From the human T2T-CHM13v2.0 reference genome, Homo sapiens, in NCBI RefSeq assembly GCF_009914755.1, contig NC_060939.1: 64,000 nt of DNA. One strand, written 5' to 3'. This document shows positions 1 to 11,358 of the stretch, piece after piece; position 1 is the first letter of the stretch; every line of letters starts with the position of its first letter. A program made the position numbers and the translations under genes. Under the pieces are notes generated by a model. The model saw only the letters and a program-made list of their open reading frames with translations. It had not been told where the DNA came from and did not search any database.

Positions 1-855
1 TCCCCACTAAGATGAGAAACATGTTGCTTCACCTTGTGTCTTCCACCATAAAGAATGAGGCTCAGCAGTTGATGGATCTCTGGATTTTTGAGGCAATATA
101 TAGAACATTTGTGTGTGTGTCTGATGGATTTACTGGTTACATCATAAGATTGCTGGTTTTGAATGGGGCCCAGAATAATACAGGGCTCTAGAAAAGGTAT
201 ATCCAGACTGTGATGAAAGCTACTCTGCCATTTGGACCTTAAGATCAGCAGATCCAATAGTGCCAGAAGTATCTGTTGCAAATGGAGTGCTGTATGGAAT
301 TCCTAACCATCTCCAATAGGAGAATCACAGTGTTGACCCAACTGAACAGGATGGGAAGAGAGGGTCCAAGGCAGTCTTGGGCAGATATGTGTGAAAAGAC
401 ATCTTTGAAGGGGCCCTGGGTGTCAAGATATTCAAGAGCCATCTAAATGCCTATCAGAGGGCATCCACTGCAGAAAAGACTCTCAACGATCAGCTGGATA
501 AGATGACCCAACCTGGGGGTGTGAGCCTCTTCCTCTGTCTACTCTGATGTTTGCTCAATGACATCATGAACAGAGTGACCATAGTGGAAGGGATAGAGGC
601 TATCAACACTATGGGCTTTCCCTTGTGAAGGTCCATTGGTTTCCATAACTTCTGGATATGTAGCCTTCCAATGAATGAGACCAATGCCAAGCCCCTGATA
701 TGGCACCATTCCCAGAGATGGGTGGTAGGAGACAGACCAACCGCTTACTTGGTAGCAGGTTGATTACACTGAATCCCTTTCATCATAGAGGGCAGTAGGA
801 ATAGACACATATTCCAGATTTGGATTTGCCATTCCTGCCCCTCCCTGCCATTTGT

Positions 856-1220
856 GGTGTTTCATTCTTTCATTTTGTGCTGCTAAAACAGAACAACACA
901 AACTGGGTAATTTATAATGAATAGAAATTTATTTGGCTCACGATTTTGGAGGCTGCAAAATACAAGATCAAGGAACCAGCATCTGGTGAGGACCTTCTTG
1001 TTGCATCATAAACATGGTGGAAGGAATCACATGGGCAAGAGAGAAAAGAGGACCAAACACCCCCTTCATAACAAACCCACTCTTGAGATAACTGCATTAA
1101 TCCATTCACTCCGCCCTCATGGCCTAATCACCTCTCATTGGGCCCCAGATCTCAACACTGTTGCAATGGGAATCAAGTTTCCAACATATGAACTTTGGGG
1201 GACACATTCAAACCACAGCA
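856..1220 (-). mobile_element. MaLR LTR (MLT1A/MST-like)
   Basis: Typical MaLR text on +: 'ctgggtaatttataa...tttatttggctcac...tggaggctg...aagatcaagg...ctggtgagg' through 'gggggacacattcaaaccacagca'. Confidence 0.8.
928..933 (-). terminator. Candidate distal polyadenylation signal AATAAA (LTR-derived)
   Basis: TTTATT on the + strand, at the native poly(A)-signal position of a minus-oriented MLT1 LTR, same orientation as CTXND1. Confidence 0.6.
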
Positions 1221-2009
1221 TATTCATCTCAGCATATCCCACAAACATGGCCTTTAACCAAGAAACCTTAGGTTTTGTGGGTTTGGAAATCTCTAGTGAC
1301 CAAGAGGAACTGCTTCCACCAGGGAATATAGTTATGGGTCTGTTAAATTGGAAGATGATCTTGTGCCATCTGGGGCTCCTTATGTTGAAATATTGGCAGA
1401 GAAAGAGATCACTGCACTGTCAGGATGGTTAACCCCAATATCCAAGGGAAAGTGGGGTTTCTGCTACAAAATAGGGGCAAGGAGTACTAGCTTTGGAACC
1501 CTGGGATTCGCTAGGGCACTTGGTACTCCCTGTATCCCTTGTCCTCATTCTGTAAGCCTGAGGTGGGGGCATGAAATTAGATTTCTAACAAGCTCCCCAG
1601 AGATGCCAATGCTGTCCATCCGTGGACCATAGTTTGAGTAGTGTTGCCCTAGAGCACCTGCTATTCTTTCTGATAATTTTACAGAGCTTCCAGGTGAGAT
1701 CTTCAAGGCCTCTTCATGTTCTTTAGGAATCTGTGGATACTGTGGCAACTCATTGAAGACACGGCACTAAGAATTTGAATCCTCTGTGGATGAAGATTTG
1801 GGTCATTCCACCAGATAAAATTCTCCAACAGCTAAGGGACTGCCAGAAAGTAGAGGGGCTATGGAATGGGTGGTGGGAGAACAAGACTGCAGTTACCACT
1901 CTGGGCCTCATGACCAGCCACAGAAGGGGGCACTAGCAGTTGTGCTTTACAGGAAGTGTTCCACTTACCCGGGACTGGCTACATTATGATTTAAGTTGCA
2001 GGAGGGAGT

Positions 2010-2925
2010 GGGACTAAATTGCTATCACCCCCAGACAATATGGCTGCTGGTGAGATTTTATGTTTCCCCTGTGCCGGGGACAAAATATTTTTCTCCCATC
2101 TAAGCAAAGTTTGTGAATGGCTGCTAAGTGGTAATAAGATGAATTGTGCTGGTTTTTCTTCTTTTGCTCCAGTGTGCTGCCTATGTGGACCGTATCACCC
2201 AGGGTCCCCTGACCTTTAGCTTCTGTTGTTTTTGGCCAATGGAAGACCCAGACAGGAGATTGGAGGGCAGGAGGCAAGAGGTCAAGGTATTTATTCCCCC
2301 AGCTCTCTTCCTACTGAGCTGCAGTGGGTGCAGGAGTTTTGATCCTCTAGCTGTGGCCAGGGCTTCCATTGGGTGACTCCTTCTCCATGGCTATAGCTCT
2401 CCCTGGGTTCTAGATCCTTCTCCTTGTCTCTCTAGGCAAGAGATGGTAACAGTTGGTGGCCTGCCTGTTCCTGGGTAGTTTGTTTTTGTTTTTTATTTTT
2501 AGAGACAGCATCTCTCTTTGTCGCCTAGGCTGGAGTGCAGTAGTGTGATCCTAGCTCATTGTAACCTCAAACTCCTGGACTCAAGTGATCCTCCCACCTC
2601 AGACTCCTGAGTAGCTGGGACTATAGGTGTGCAACACCACAGCCAGGTAATTTTTTTTTAATTATTTTATTTTTTGTAGATAAACAGATTCTTGCTTATG
2701 TTGCCAGGCTGGTTTCAAACTCCTGGGCTCAAGCAATCTGCCTGTGTTGGCCTCCCAAAGTGCTGAGATTACAGACATGAGCTACCTTGCCTTGTCATCC
2801 CTGGGTGTTTTACTGTTCCCTGTTGTTTTCCATACCCTTGCCCAACCTCTGTAAATATTCTTTCATTAAACTGTCTTCAATCAGTGCTTCGTGTGTGCCA
2901 TCTCTTTCCTGCCAAGACACTGAAA
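2010..2925 (+). mobile_element. ERVL 3' LTR (LTR33-like) with an AluJ inserted
   Basis: Follows a purine tract at ~2000. Motifs 'tttggccaatgg...caggagattggaggg', 'gtatttattccccc' and 'cattaaact...gtgccatct.tttcctgcc'. Confidence 0.6.
2480..2793 (-). mobile_element. AluJ (within the putative CTXND1 3'UTR, sense to the mRNA)
   Basis: Dimeric Alu with J-type 'ctcaagtgatcctcccacctcag', CpG-decayed. Confidence 0.9.
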
Positions 2926-4629
2926 AGTCCCAAGGAGAACCCTCCTAAAGGGAGAGAGTCTTTGCTGATGACCATCAAGCTCATAAGTAAGGGCTGGTGT
3001 GCCTGAGGCTGTGTGTCCCTCTGGACACAGGCAACCTGTCTTTGTGCTATGATTGGACAGAATAGCTGGGCACATGGATGTGGACCCAGATAACTCTGTT
3101 TGGGCACCTCTCCACAGGCTGGGCCACAGGACATTGTGGGTGGTCATTGATCATGCCTGGCAGAACCAGTCCTCAACAGCAAGACCTAGGGGGTATGAAA
3201 CCACACTAGTGGACACACCAAACTTTGTAGTTCTCTTCACTTGGTGTTTGAAAGCAGGGCCAGCCCCTTTTGGATTGATTTAGCCTCTGAAGTTCTGGAA
3301 ATTTAATGAGACAGGGAGACACTGATCTTTCAACTCGATAAGAACATGTAGACATTTCAGCAACTAATTGGAAAAAAATGAAATAGCTATGATGGGAATG
3401 ATATGCCAGGATGGTAAAGCTAGGGTCCTACTATACATATCCACCTGTCTGAGCATCCTTAGAGGCCACATTTCTTCTAGTGACCATCACTCTGAACTCT
3501 TGGTTCTGCATATTTCTGCTACCCCACTTGTCTCTGGGACTGTTGGCCCCTTCCAGATTGTATTTCCCTAAGTGACCCACCACCGAGGTGTCTTCATTGT
3601 CCCAAAGACCACTGCTGCAGAGTGGTGGATCATTTATCAGACTTTAGAGAGGGCTTGGGGCAACATGAAGGGAGTGTAGCTGAGCACAGTACAAGCAACA
3701 ACTTAAAACTGGCCACTAGGCACCATTGCCTGGAAAACCCACCACCCATTCTCTGCTTTGGAGAGTTCCTCTCCAGCCTGTGTTCTCCTTAAGTCCTGGG
3801 TTGTGGCTACCTTCACAGGCCTCCCATTCTCTAAATGCTTTTCATTTCTTGTCTGCCAACTTCTAGCCTTCAATACTTCTGTGCATTTCTTTTGCAGATC
3901 AGTTTATCTTTCTATCCACAACCCCAAAGTTCATCTTAGCTTGCCAGAAACGAGTTGAGACGCTCTGATCACAAAGGACCATCTCCTCTATGCTTCAGCA
4001 GCATAATGCAACAACTGAAGCCTGAGATTCCAGTTGCTTTTTTCTCCTTAATATGATCCAGTTCTTAGACAGGTCTCCCTCCCCCATGTGCTCCATGTGT
4101 CTCTTAAATGGAGAGAGTGTACTGTAAGTATTTATTCTCCCCTGTCGTAAGCAAGCTCCCCGGCTTCATCATATCTATCTTGATCTTTCTTTTTTTGCTT
4201 GGAACATGTACAACAGGGAAAATGGAAGAAATCCAAATATTTAATAATAGGAGTCTACATAATTATATATGTGCACTAGATGTCATGTTTTATGGCCATT
4301 AAAATGACAAGTGTGAAGAATGTAGCAGCAACATGAAAGTATACTTGTGATGTAATGTTAGGAGAAAGAGTATGATATAAAATTATGTAGCAGATCATCT
4401 TTATGAAAAAAAATCTTGCATGAGGACAATGATTAGAAGGGAATATATGGACACAAAATGAAAATTGCTGTTTTTTGGAGGCTTGGGTTGGGAGTGCTTT
4501 TTATATTTTCCACCCTTCCTGAAATGCTACTATTTCCTGTTGCCATCAAACAAGAGTCAAGAGATAAGGTGAAACCCATTAGCAAATCTGAGTGTGGAAA
4601 AGAATTAATTAGGACCAAGGGATTCTCAG

Positions 4630-4792
4630 GCAGTGCTTCTTAAACTTTAACGTGCACATAAACCACCTAGCGAATCTTGCTAATATACATTCTGTACGTA
4701 GGTCTGGAGGGGGCTGTGAGTTTGGGTTTCTAACAAGCTCCTCAAGTATTGCAGAGGCTGTTTGTCCTTCAACCACAGTTTAAGTTGCACTG
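4630..4792. mobile_element. MER5-like hAT-Charlie element (similar fragment at ~1540-1645)
   Basis: 'cagtgcttcttaaacttta...tttctaacaagctcc...accacagtttaagt..cactg', with terminal cagtg/cactg. Confidence 0.6.
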
Positions 4793-5689
4793 CCCTGGAG
4801 CACCCTCTTTTTCACCCCTGAGGGTTCTAAAGTGTGTCGGGGAGGTCTGGAAGACCTTTTCTTTTTCCTGGGGTCTGTTATTAGCTGACTGGGAGTTGGT
4901 TCTAGTTTGCATTGTAAATGCATGCTGATGAGCTTTTCACAGAAATGCCTGGCTTCTCAAGGTAGGCTTCAGAGTGAGGGCTGCTGCTGCTGAACCTGAG
5001 GCAATGCACAAAAGGCTTTTGCTTTAGATCCTCCCCATCATACAGGGCCTTCCCTGCATCTTGGTTCACTGCCTTTGCCAGCTGTCCCTTCGTGCATTCC
5101 ACAATAGTGGGGATAGGGGTGGGTAGGAGAGGGGTATGAGAGGGATGACAACTGGATAGCCCCTGAAATGCTGCCTGAAGAGCTGTGGCCTTGTCCACAT
5201 TCAGGGGTCACCTAGTAGTGATAGTGCTTTGGAACCCATTTTCCAGGTGGCCTGGGCTGTGGTGGGGACTAATGGCTGGGAGGCAGGCAATGAGAAAGAA
5301 GTCTTGAGCTTCTTCACAGCTGCAGGTCTCTTGGATGGGGATGGAAGGCCACAGCTTGGAGGGATGGAATAAATGCACTCAGAGGAAGGGGAGCTCAGGT
5401 GCTCTCATTTAACTTCGTACCATGTTATGGGAAAACTGATGACAAAGGCAATTATGTAAATTGGTAGACGCCATATCCCTTGAGGTCAGGTGCTGGGAAA
5501 GGCTGCTGTGAGTGTTCCTCTGACCAAGTGGTTCCGGCTGGGAGATTTGGCCTGTAGGAAGCAGCCCTCAGAAGTTGAGAAAAGCTGAAGGTGCCAGGCT
5601 CTGTAGGGGCAGGGGGCACCCAGAACCTCTGCTCCTCCCAGCTCAGACCCCTGGCTTCTCCTGGGGTGGTGAATTCAAGAACATTCATG

Positions 5690-6195
5690 TTTGCCCATGT
5701 TCTCTCATTTCGTCCTCACAACAACCTTGCGAGGTAGATGTTATTCCCTCACTTTACAGGTGAGGAAATTGGGGCTCAGAGAGGCTGAGTGAGTTATTTG
5801 GGGTCCTCTAACAAGGAAGTAGAGGAATTGGGACTTGGGGCCGGTTTTGTAGGCTCTGCTCTAATGATTTTGCTGCAAGGTCATAGATGTAGGTGATGGA
5901 GTGGGAGTGGGGTGGAGGGCAGAAAGAGGTGGGAGGAGGGAGGGCCTGAGAAGAGCCATCATCGATGACTTCTTCCTTGCCCCCCAACTCCGACTATAGC
6001 ACATTCATAGTATATTCACTCCCCTTTCTGTCCTTTCGTTCACATGAGGTATATGCAAAAAATAAAATTTTAAAAATGACAAGGCTTTTCCTATCTTACA
6101 ATGAGGAAACTGAGGCGCTGGGAGGTGAAGTGACTTGCTCAAGGTCGCATTGTAACCTGACTGGTAAATGCGAGACTAGAACCCAGGTCTCCCCA
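5690..6195 (-). mobile_element. Two MIR fragments (~5690-5850 and ~6095-6195)
   Basis: MIR core 'ttacag.tgaggaaa.tg.ggc...gaggtgaagtgacttgctcaaggtc'. Confidence 0.65.
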
Positions 6196-7196
6196 TTCAA
6201 TATTCATCTCATGGACTGTGCACCCCCAAAAAGGGTACCGGGCGAAATCATTTTGTGTGAGGAAAAAATAGTGGAAAATAATTAAATATGCAACCAAAGG
6301 AGATGATTTTTTAACCATGACCTACCCAACCGATGGGATGCCCTTCGGTCACTAAAACTGGCAGCTAAGAAGAGTGTTTGATGTAATGGGGAAGTATTCC
6401 TGCTATCATATGAGGCGATACAACATCATGCACAGAGTATGAATTTGACTAAAAAATACAAGTAAAAAGGCTGGAAGAAAATATATCAAAATGGTGGTTT
6501 CCGGGAGGTGGGATTATAAGTGTTATTTCCTCCCCCTTTCTTTCTATTTATCTGCATTTTCCCAAGTTTCTAAAATGTACATTTTATTTATAACAGGAAA
6601 AATATATCCCTCTATATTTTAGTTTAAAAAAATACTGCTTGGAAGCAGCCCATATCCTGTGCGTTTTGTGAATTTTCAGGTGAGACTCCCTCAACCCGCT
6701 TTCCCCCCTCACTGCCACACCACTGCTAGTCCATGGGGAGGGGGCTGGGGTTCAGGTGGGACCTCTTGGTTGGGAGCCTCCATTGCTACTTTGCATTTAA
6801 AGGACCGAGAGTCTCCTCAAGACAAGACCACTGTTATGTGATGGATGGGGGGTGTCTGTTGCTGGATCCAGTTCCAAAAGGTGCCCAGGAACCTGGGAAG
6901 GTGACTACCCTATCATCTCACAGGGACTCCCCACACTGGAACCCCAGCCTCCTGGGTCCTGGTCCAGGGCTCTTTTCCCCTGGCTGCTCCATGGTTGCGA
7001 CACCCACGGCACCCGGGCATTCCACGCTGGTGCTCGAGGGAGGGCTGAGAGGGCTAAGCTGCACCTTCTGTTTCCCTGGGTGGCCAGATTCATTCCTTGC
7101 CTCTGTGGGATGGCAGGCTGGCAGGGAACACACGGATGCATCCTGGGGCACAGCCACCCACAGAGCGCCAGGTCCAGTCCCCACAGCCGCTGTGCC

Positions 7197-7481
<285 letters not shown>

Positions 7482-7889
7482 TCAGGTGCCTGGGGTGATT
7501 GCAGGGCACCAACCTCTGCTCCCTCTTATCTGCTACCCCTGCACCGAGAGCTTGCTGCTCAGACCACCCTGCAGGAGGGTAGGAGGGGATGGGTACACAT
7601 GGACCCACATGGTCACAGCCCGAAACCTTGTAGGTAACCAGAGTCTCTAGCAGGGTGCAGCCAGTGCCTCCCCAGACTGGGGCAGGGGAGGTGACAGATG
7701 AGTCCCAGCAGGCATGGGACTAGGGTGGGGCTGAGGGTTGGGTGGGGATAGAGGCCCTGCAGCTGCCTCCACTCCATGAAACCCTTTAGAAAGGCAGTTA
7801 GGATAATGCTTTCCATTTAGCCAAGCCACTATCTGAGGGTGATCTGAAAGCATTCCAAAAATTGGGTAATTATTATATTTATACATGTA

Positions 7890-8038
7890 TTTTACAGACA
7901 GGGTCTCACTCTGTTGCTCAGGCTGGAGTGCAGTGGTAAAATCATAGCTTACTGCAGCCTCCAACTCCTGGCTCAAGCAATCCTCTTGCCTTGGCCTCCC
8001 AAAGCATCAGGATTACAGGCGTGACCACTGTGCCTGGT
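7890..8038 (-). mobile_element. Free Alu monomer (FLAM/FRAM)
   Basis: Single ~150-bp Alu arm. Confidence 0.8.
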
Positions 8039-9014
8039 CTATCATGTTTTGAAAGCATAAGAACCTGGATTTCAAATGAAACCTATTGTGGAAAACCACA
8101 GAGGAATAGACTGAGGAGGGGCTGCTGTCATGGAAGAGAGTGAGAGGCTTGGAGGGTCTATATCCCCTTCCCTGCTGCAGGTCCTCACAGGGACTCTCTA
8201 GAGACTCCTGCTGACGCCAGCACATGGCCTGAAAACTGTAAGTGTTATGGGAAGAACAGTTTTGGCAGTCACGTGGAAGAGTCCCAGCTCTGCCACCACC
8301 CTGCAGGGCAGGTCTGGACAGCTCTCAGTTATTGTTAGGACTCCAGCGGTAGTGCCTACACTGACACATCACTCATTCATCTTGGGATGATTTGCAACTT
8401 CTCTGGGTCCTAATTTCCTCCCTGCTGAGGAAAGGTGGCCATACCTGCTTCACAGGGATGTGACGACCAAATGCACAGTCCCTGGCTCCAGTGGATGGTC
8501 AGTACATACTTTGAGTGAACTGGGAGCTCAAGGAGCTGGCTAGGAGCGAGCAGGCAGCTCCCCAAGTTCAGCTGCCAGGGACAGCTTTAGGAGGAGGGCC
8601 GGCTGCTGCTCCCTCTCCCCATACATAGCATTCGTCCCTATCCTCATCCCTGAACTTGTGGAGTGCTTGAACTGTACTCTGTGCTTCGTGTTCTGTCTGT
8701 TATTTAAAGCTCATGAAACCCCTGGAAGCAAGTTACCCAGGCATCAATAGGCCCATTTTATAAATGTGGAAACTGAGGCACTGAGCAGGGAAATGACGTA
8801 TCCAAGGTCCCACATCCCACACCCGAGGTCCCTACATGTCTCTGCCTCCTGTAGTGGGGCTCCATCTTCCCCACCCACTCTGGAGCTTCAGGAAGATACC
8901 TGTGTGTGCAAGCTTGGAGCCCGCTGGCTGGGGAATATCTGTAACCACAGTCAACCACGCCTTCCCCTCTCTTAGACCTTGTCTCAGCCCTCACCACTCT
9001 CGGGGGACACTGAC

Positions 9015-9166
9015 CTGCTGACTGGAGTGGTCACCACTTCATAAGGACCCTGGCTGTTCCAGGAGGCACGAGGAGCGGTCAGGCATCATGGGGGTCACCC
9101 AAGGAGAACAGTGGCCTTTCACTGAGAGCAGGCACTGTGCTGGCTCGTGGGGGCGCTGGAGTGTGA
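9015..9166 (-). other. CTXND1: CTXND1 non-coding exon 2 (152 nt, 5'UTR)
   Basis: Very strong acceptor TTCTTTGTCTCTTTCTCTTACAG|TCAC (exon starts 9166) and donor CAG|GTCAGT (exon ends 9015) on the minus strand, in unique sequence 1.6 kb upstream of the coding exon. Confidence 0.8.
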
Positions 9167-9334
9167 CTGTAAGAGAAAGAGACAAAGAAGACTAGTTATT
9201 TCCTGAGATGCCCAGCCCCAGATTTGATGTGGACTCGCCTGGGTAGCTCCTCCCTGGCATGGGGGTGGGAGCTGCCACACTCTGTTACTTGATGTTGATT
9301 TCTTCTCTCTTTTTAAAATATAACAACTTTCAAG

Positions 9335-9572
9335 TCTGTAATCCCAGCACTTTGGGAGGCTGAGGTGGGAGGATTGCTTGAGCTCAGGAGTTCGAGACTA
9401 GCATGGTGAAATCCTGTCTCTACAAAAAGTACAAAAAGTTTAGCCGGGCGTGGTGGTGCATGCCTGTAATCCCAGCTACTCAGGAGGCTGAGGCAAGAGA
9501 GTCACTTGAACCCAGGAGGCGGAGGTTGCGCCGCTGCACTCCAGCCTGGGCGACAGAGCAAGACTGTGTCTC

Positions 9573-9600
<28 letters not shown>
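9335..9600 (+). mobile_element. Alu, 5'-truncated, with long poly(A) tail
   Basis: Alu body plus an A-run at ~9573-9600. Confidence 0.9.
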
Positions 9601-9622
<22 letters not shown>

Positions 9623-9670
9623 TACACAAACACATATATATACACACACACATGCACACACACATATATA
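9601..9670. repeat. (TA)n/(CA)n microsatellite abutting the Alu tail; a second (TA)n at ~10082-10110
   Basis: Read directly from the sequence. Confidence 0.9.
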
Positions 9671-9689
9671 TTTATAAACTTAAAAAAAT

Positions 9690-10076
9690 GTGACCACATA
9701 CACATAATATAAAATCTACCATCTTGACCATTTTAAAGTGTACAGTGGCATTTATGTGTACTGTTCAGTGGCATTAAGTACATCCACACTGTGGTGCAGC
9801 CATTGCTGCCATCCATCTCCAGAACTCTTCATCTTGCAAAACAAACTGTGCGCTCATTAGACCATAACTCCCCATTCCCCTTCCCCCAGCCCGGGGCGGC
9901 CACCATTCTACTTTATGTCTCTATGAATCTGACTGCTCTACATACTTCATATAAGTGGAATTGTACAGTATTTGTCTTTTTGTGACTGGCTTATTTCATT
10001 ACGCATAATGTCCTCCAGCTTCATCCATATTGTAGCATGTCAGAATTTCATTTTTTTTAAGGTCCGAATAATATTC

Positions 10077-10113
<37 letters not shown>

Positions 10114-10310
10114 ACATTTTGTTTATCCATTTTTTCATCAATGGACACTCAGGTTGTTTTCACCTTTTGGCTGTGTAAATAGTGCTGCTATGAATGTGGG
10201 TGTACAAATCTCTCCTTGAGACTCTGCTTTCAATGCTTTGGGGTATATAAGCAGAAGTGGCATTGCTGGATCATATGGTAATCATGTTTTTAACTTTTTG
10301 AGGATTAAAT
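9690..10310 (-). mobile_element. L1M (L1MA/MB-type) 3' end fragment
   Basis: 'ccaccattctacttt...gtttttgtgactggcttatttca...ggattgctggatcatatggt'-like L1 3'-end text. Confidence 0.8.
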
Positions 10311-10922
10311 TGAACATTTTGCGTAATTAATAGTTGTACACTTTTCAAAACTCAAAAAGCACAAAAAGAAAACAGTCAAAGCAGTGTTTTTACTACCCCT
10401 CTCCCCAGCCATCTAGTTCATCTCCAGAGAGGAAGCTACTGTTGTCAGGTCTTTATACATCCTTCTAATCTGGAGATATTTTATTCTTATACAGGAAAAT
10501 ATGTATGTTTATGTATTTGTTTTTCTAACAAATGCAAGCCTGTTATATAAACTGTTCCACATCTTTTAAAATTTAACATATCTTGGAGATTATTTCATGT
10601 CAGTACATAGAAGGTTGCCTCTTTCTTTTTAATGGATCTATTGTATTTTGTTGTACGGATATCCCATAGTAAATTCAACCGTTCTTCTATCAGTTAGACA
10701 GAATTTCCAATCTTTTGTTTTTCATGTATTGATGGAGTAAATGTCCTTGTAGCGATGTCATTTTGCACATGTCTGAGTATGTCCGTAATTAAATTCCTTC
10801 AGGTGAAACTGCTGTGTCTAAGGATAAATTCATTTTAATTCTGATTGATAGTATTATTCTTGGAGGTTGTACCTATGTAAGCTTCCATTGGCAAAGGTTG
10901 TGAGGGATGGTTGTCCTACAGT

Positions 10923-11358
10923 TGAAACCAGCCCAGTTGTCCCATAGAACTGATATTTATGGGTTTTTTGAATAAACATAGAAATTGACCCTCCCAGTCT
11001 TAAAACTTGAAACTTACATTTGTCTCATCTGAGTTTTTTCCTTAGAAAACTGACTCTCAGGCAAGGGACTGAAATGCACCAGATCCCGGCATCCAGACAA
11101 CGAGACACCAGACCCCTCGTTCATCTTTCTTACTGTTCCTTACCTTCCTAGTCCAACTTTTCCACATTCTTTCCCTAGTCTATAAACCCCCAATTTTAGT
11201 CAGTTGAGGCGATGGATTTGAGACTTCTCTCTCATTCTCCCAGTTGACATCATGAGAATAAAAAGCCTTTTTCCCTGGAAATACTCATTGTTTCAGTTAC
11301 TGGCTTTCTGTACAGTGAGCAACAGGACCCAGACCAAACCCCTGGTGTTTCAGTCACA
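10923..11358 (+). mobile_element. Solo ERV1-class LTR (MER39/MER34-like)
   Basis: TG...CA ends, TATAAA (~11181), AATAAA (~11257), and characteristic 'aacaggacccagaccaaaccc.tggtgtttc' terminus. Inserted within old L1 sequence. Confidence 0.7.

Larger units (their letters stand above)
1..1940 (+). mobile_element. ERVL-class internal (pol) remnant, interrupted by an MLT1 LTR and a MER5-like element
   Basis: Decayed translations match ERVL/HERVL pol order: LLHL..TIK.EAQ and EWGPE..AL / LPFGP.D.ADP (RT connection), HLNAYQRASTAEKTLNDQLDKMT (RNase H), HEQSDHSGRD and QVDY (integrase), LLPPG..LLNWK (dUTPase-like), MKIWVIPP..EWVV (C-terminus). Many stops and frameshifts. Confidence 0.8.

Noticed and set aside
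917-1432. 171-aa + strand ORF
   Set aside because: Chance fusion of antisense MLT1 LTR sequence and decayed ERVL dUTPase-like sequence.
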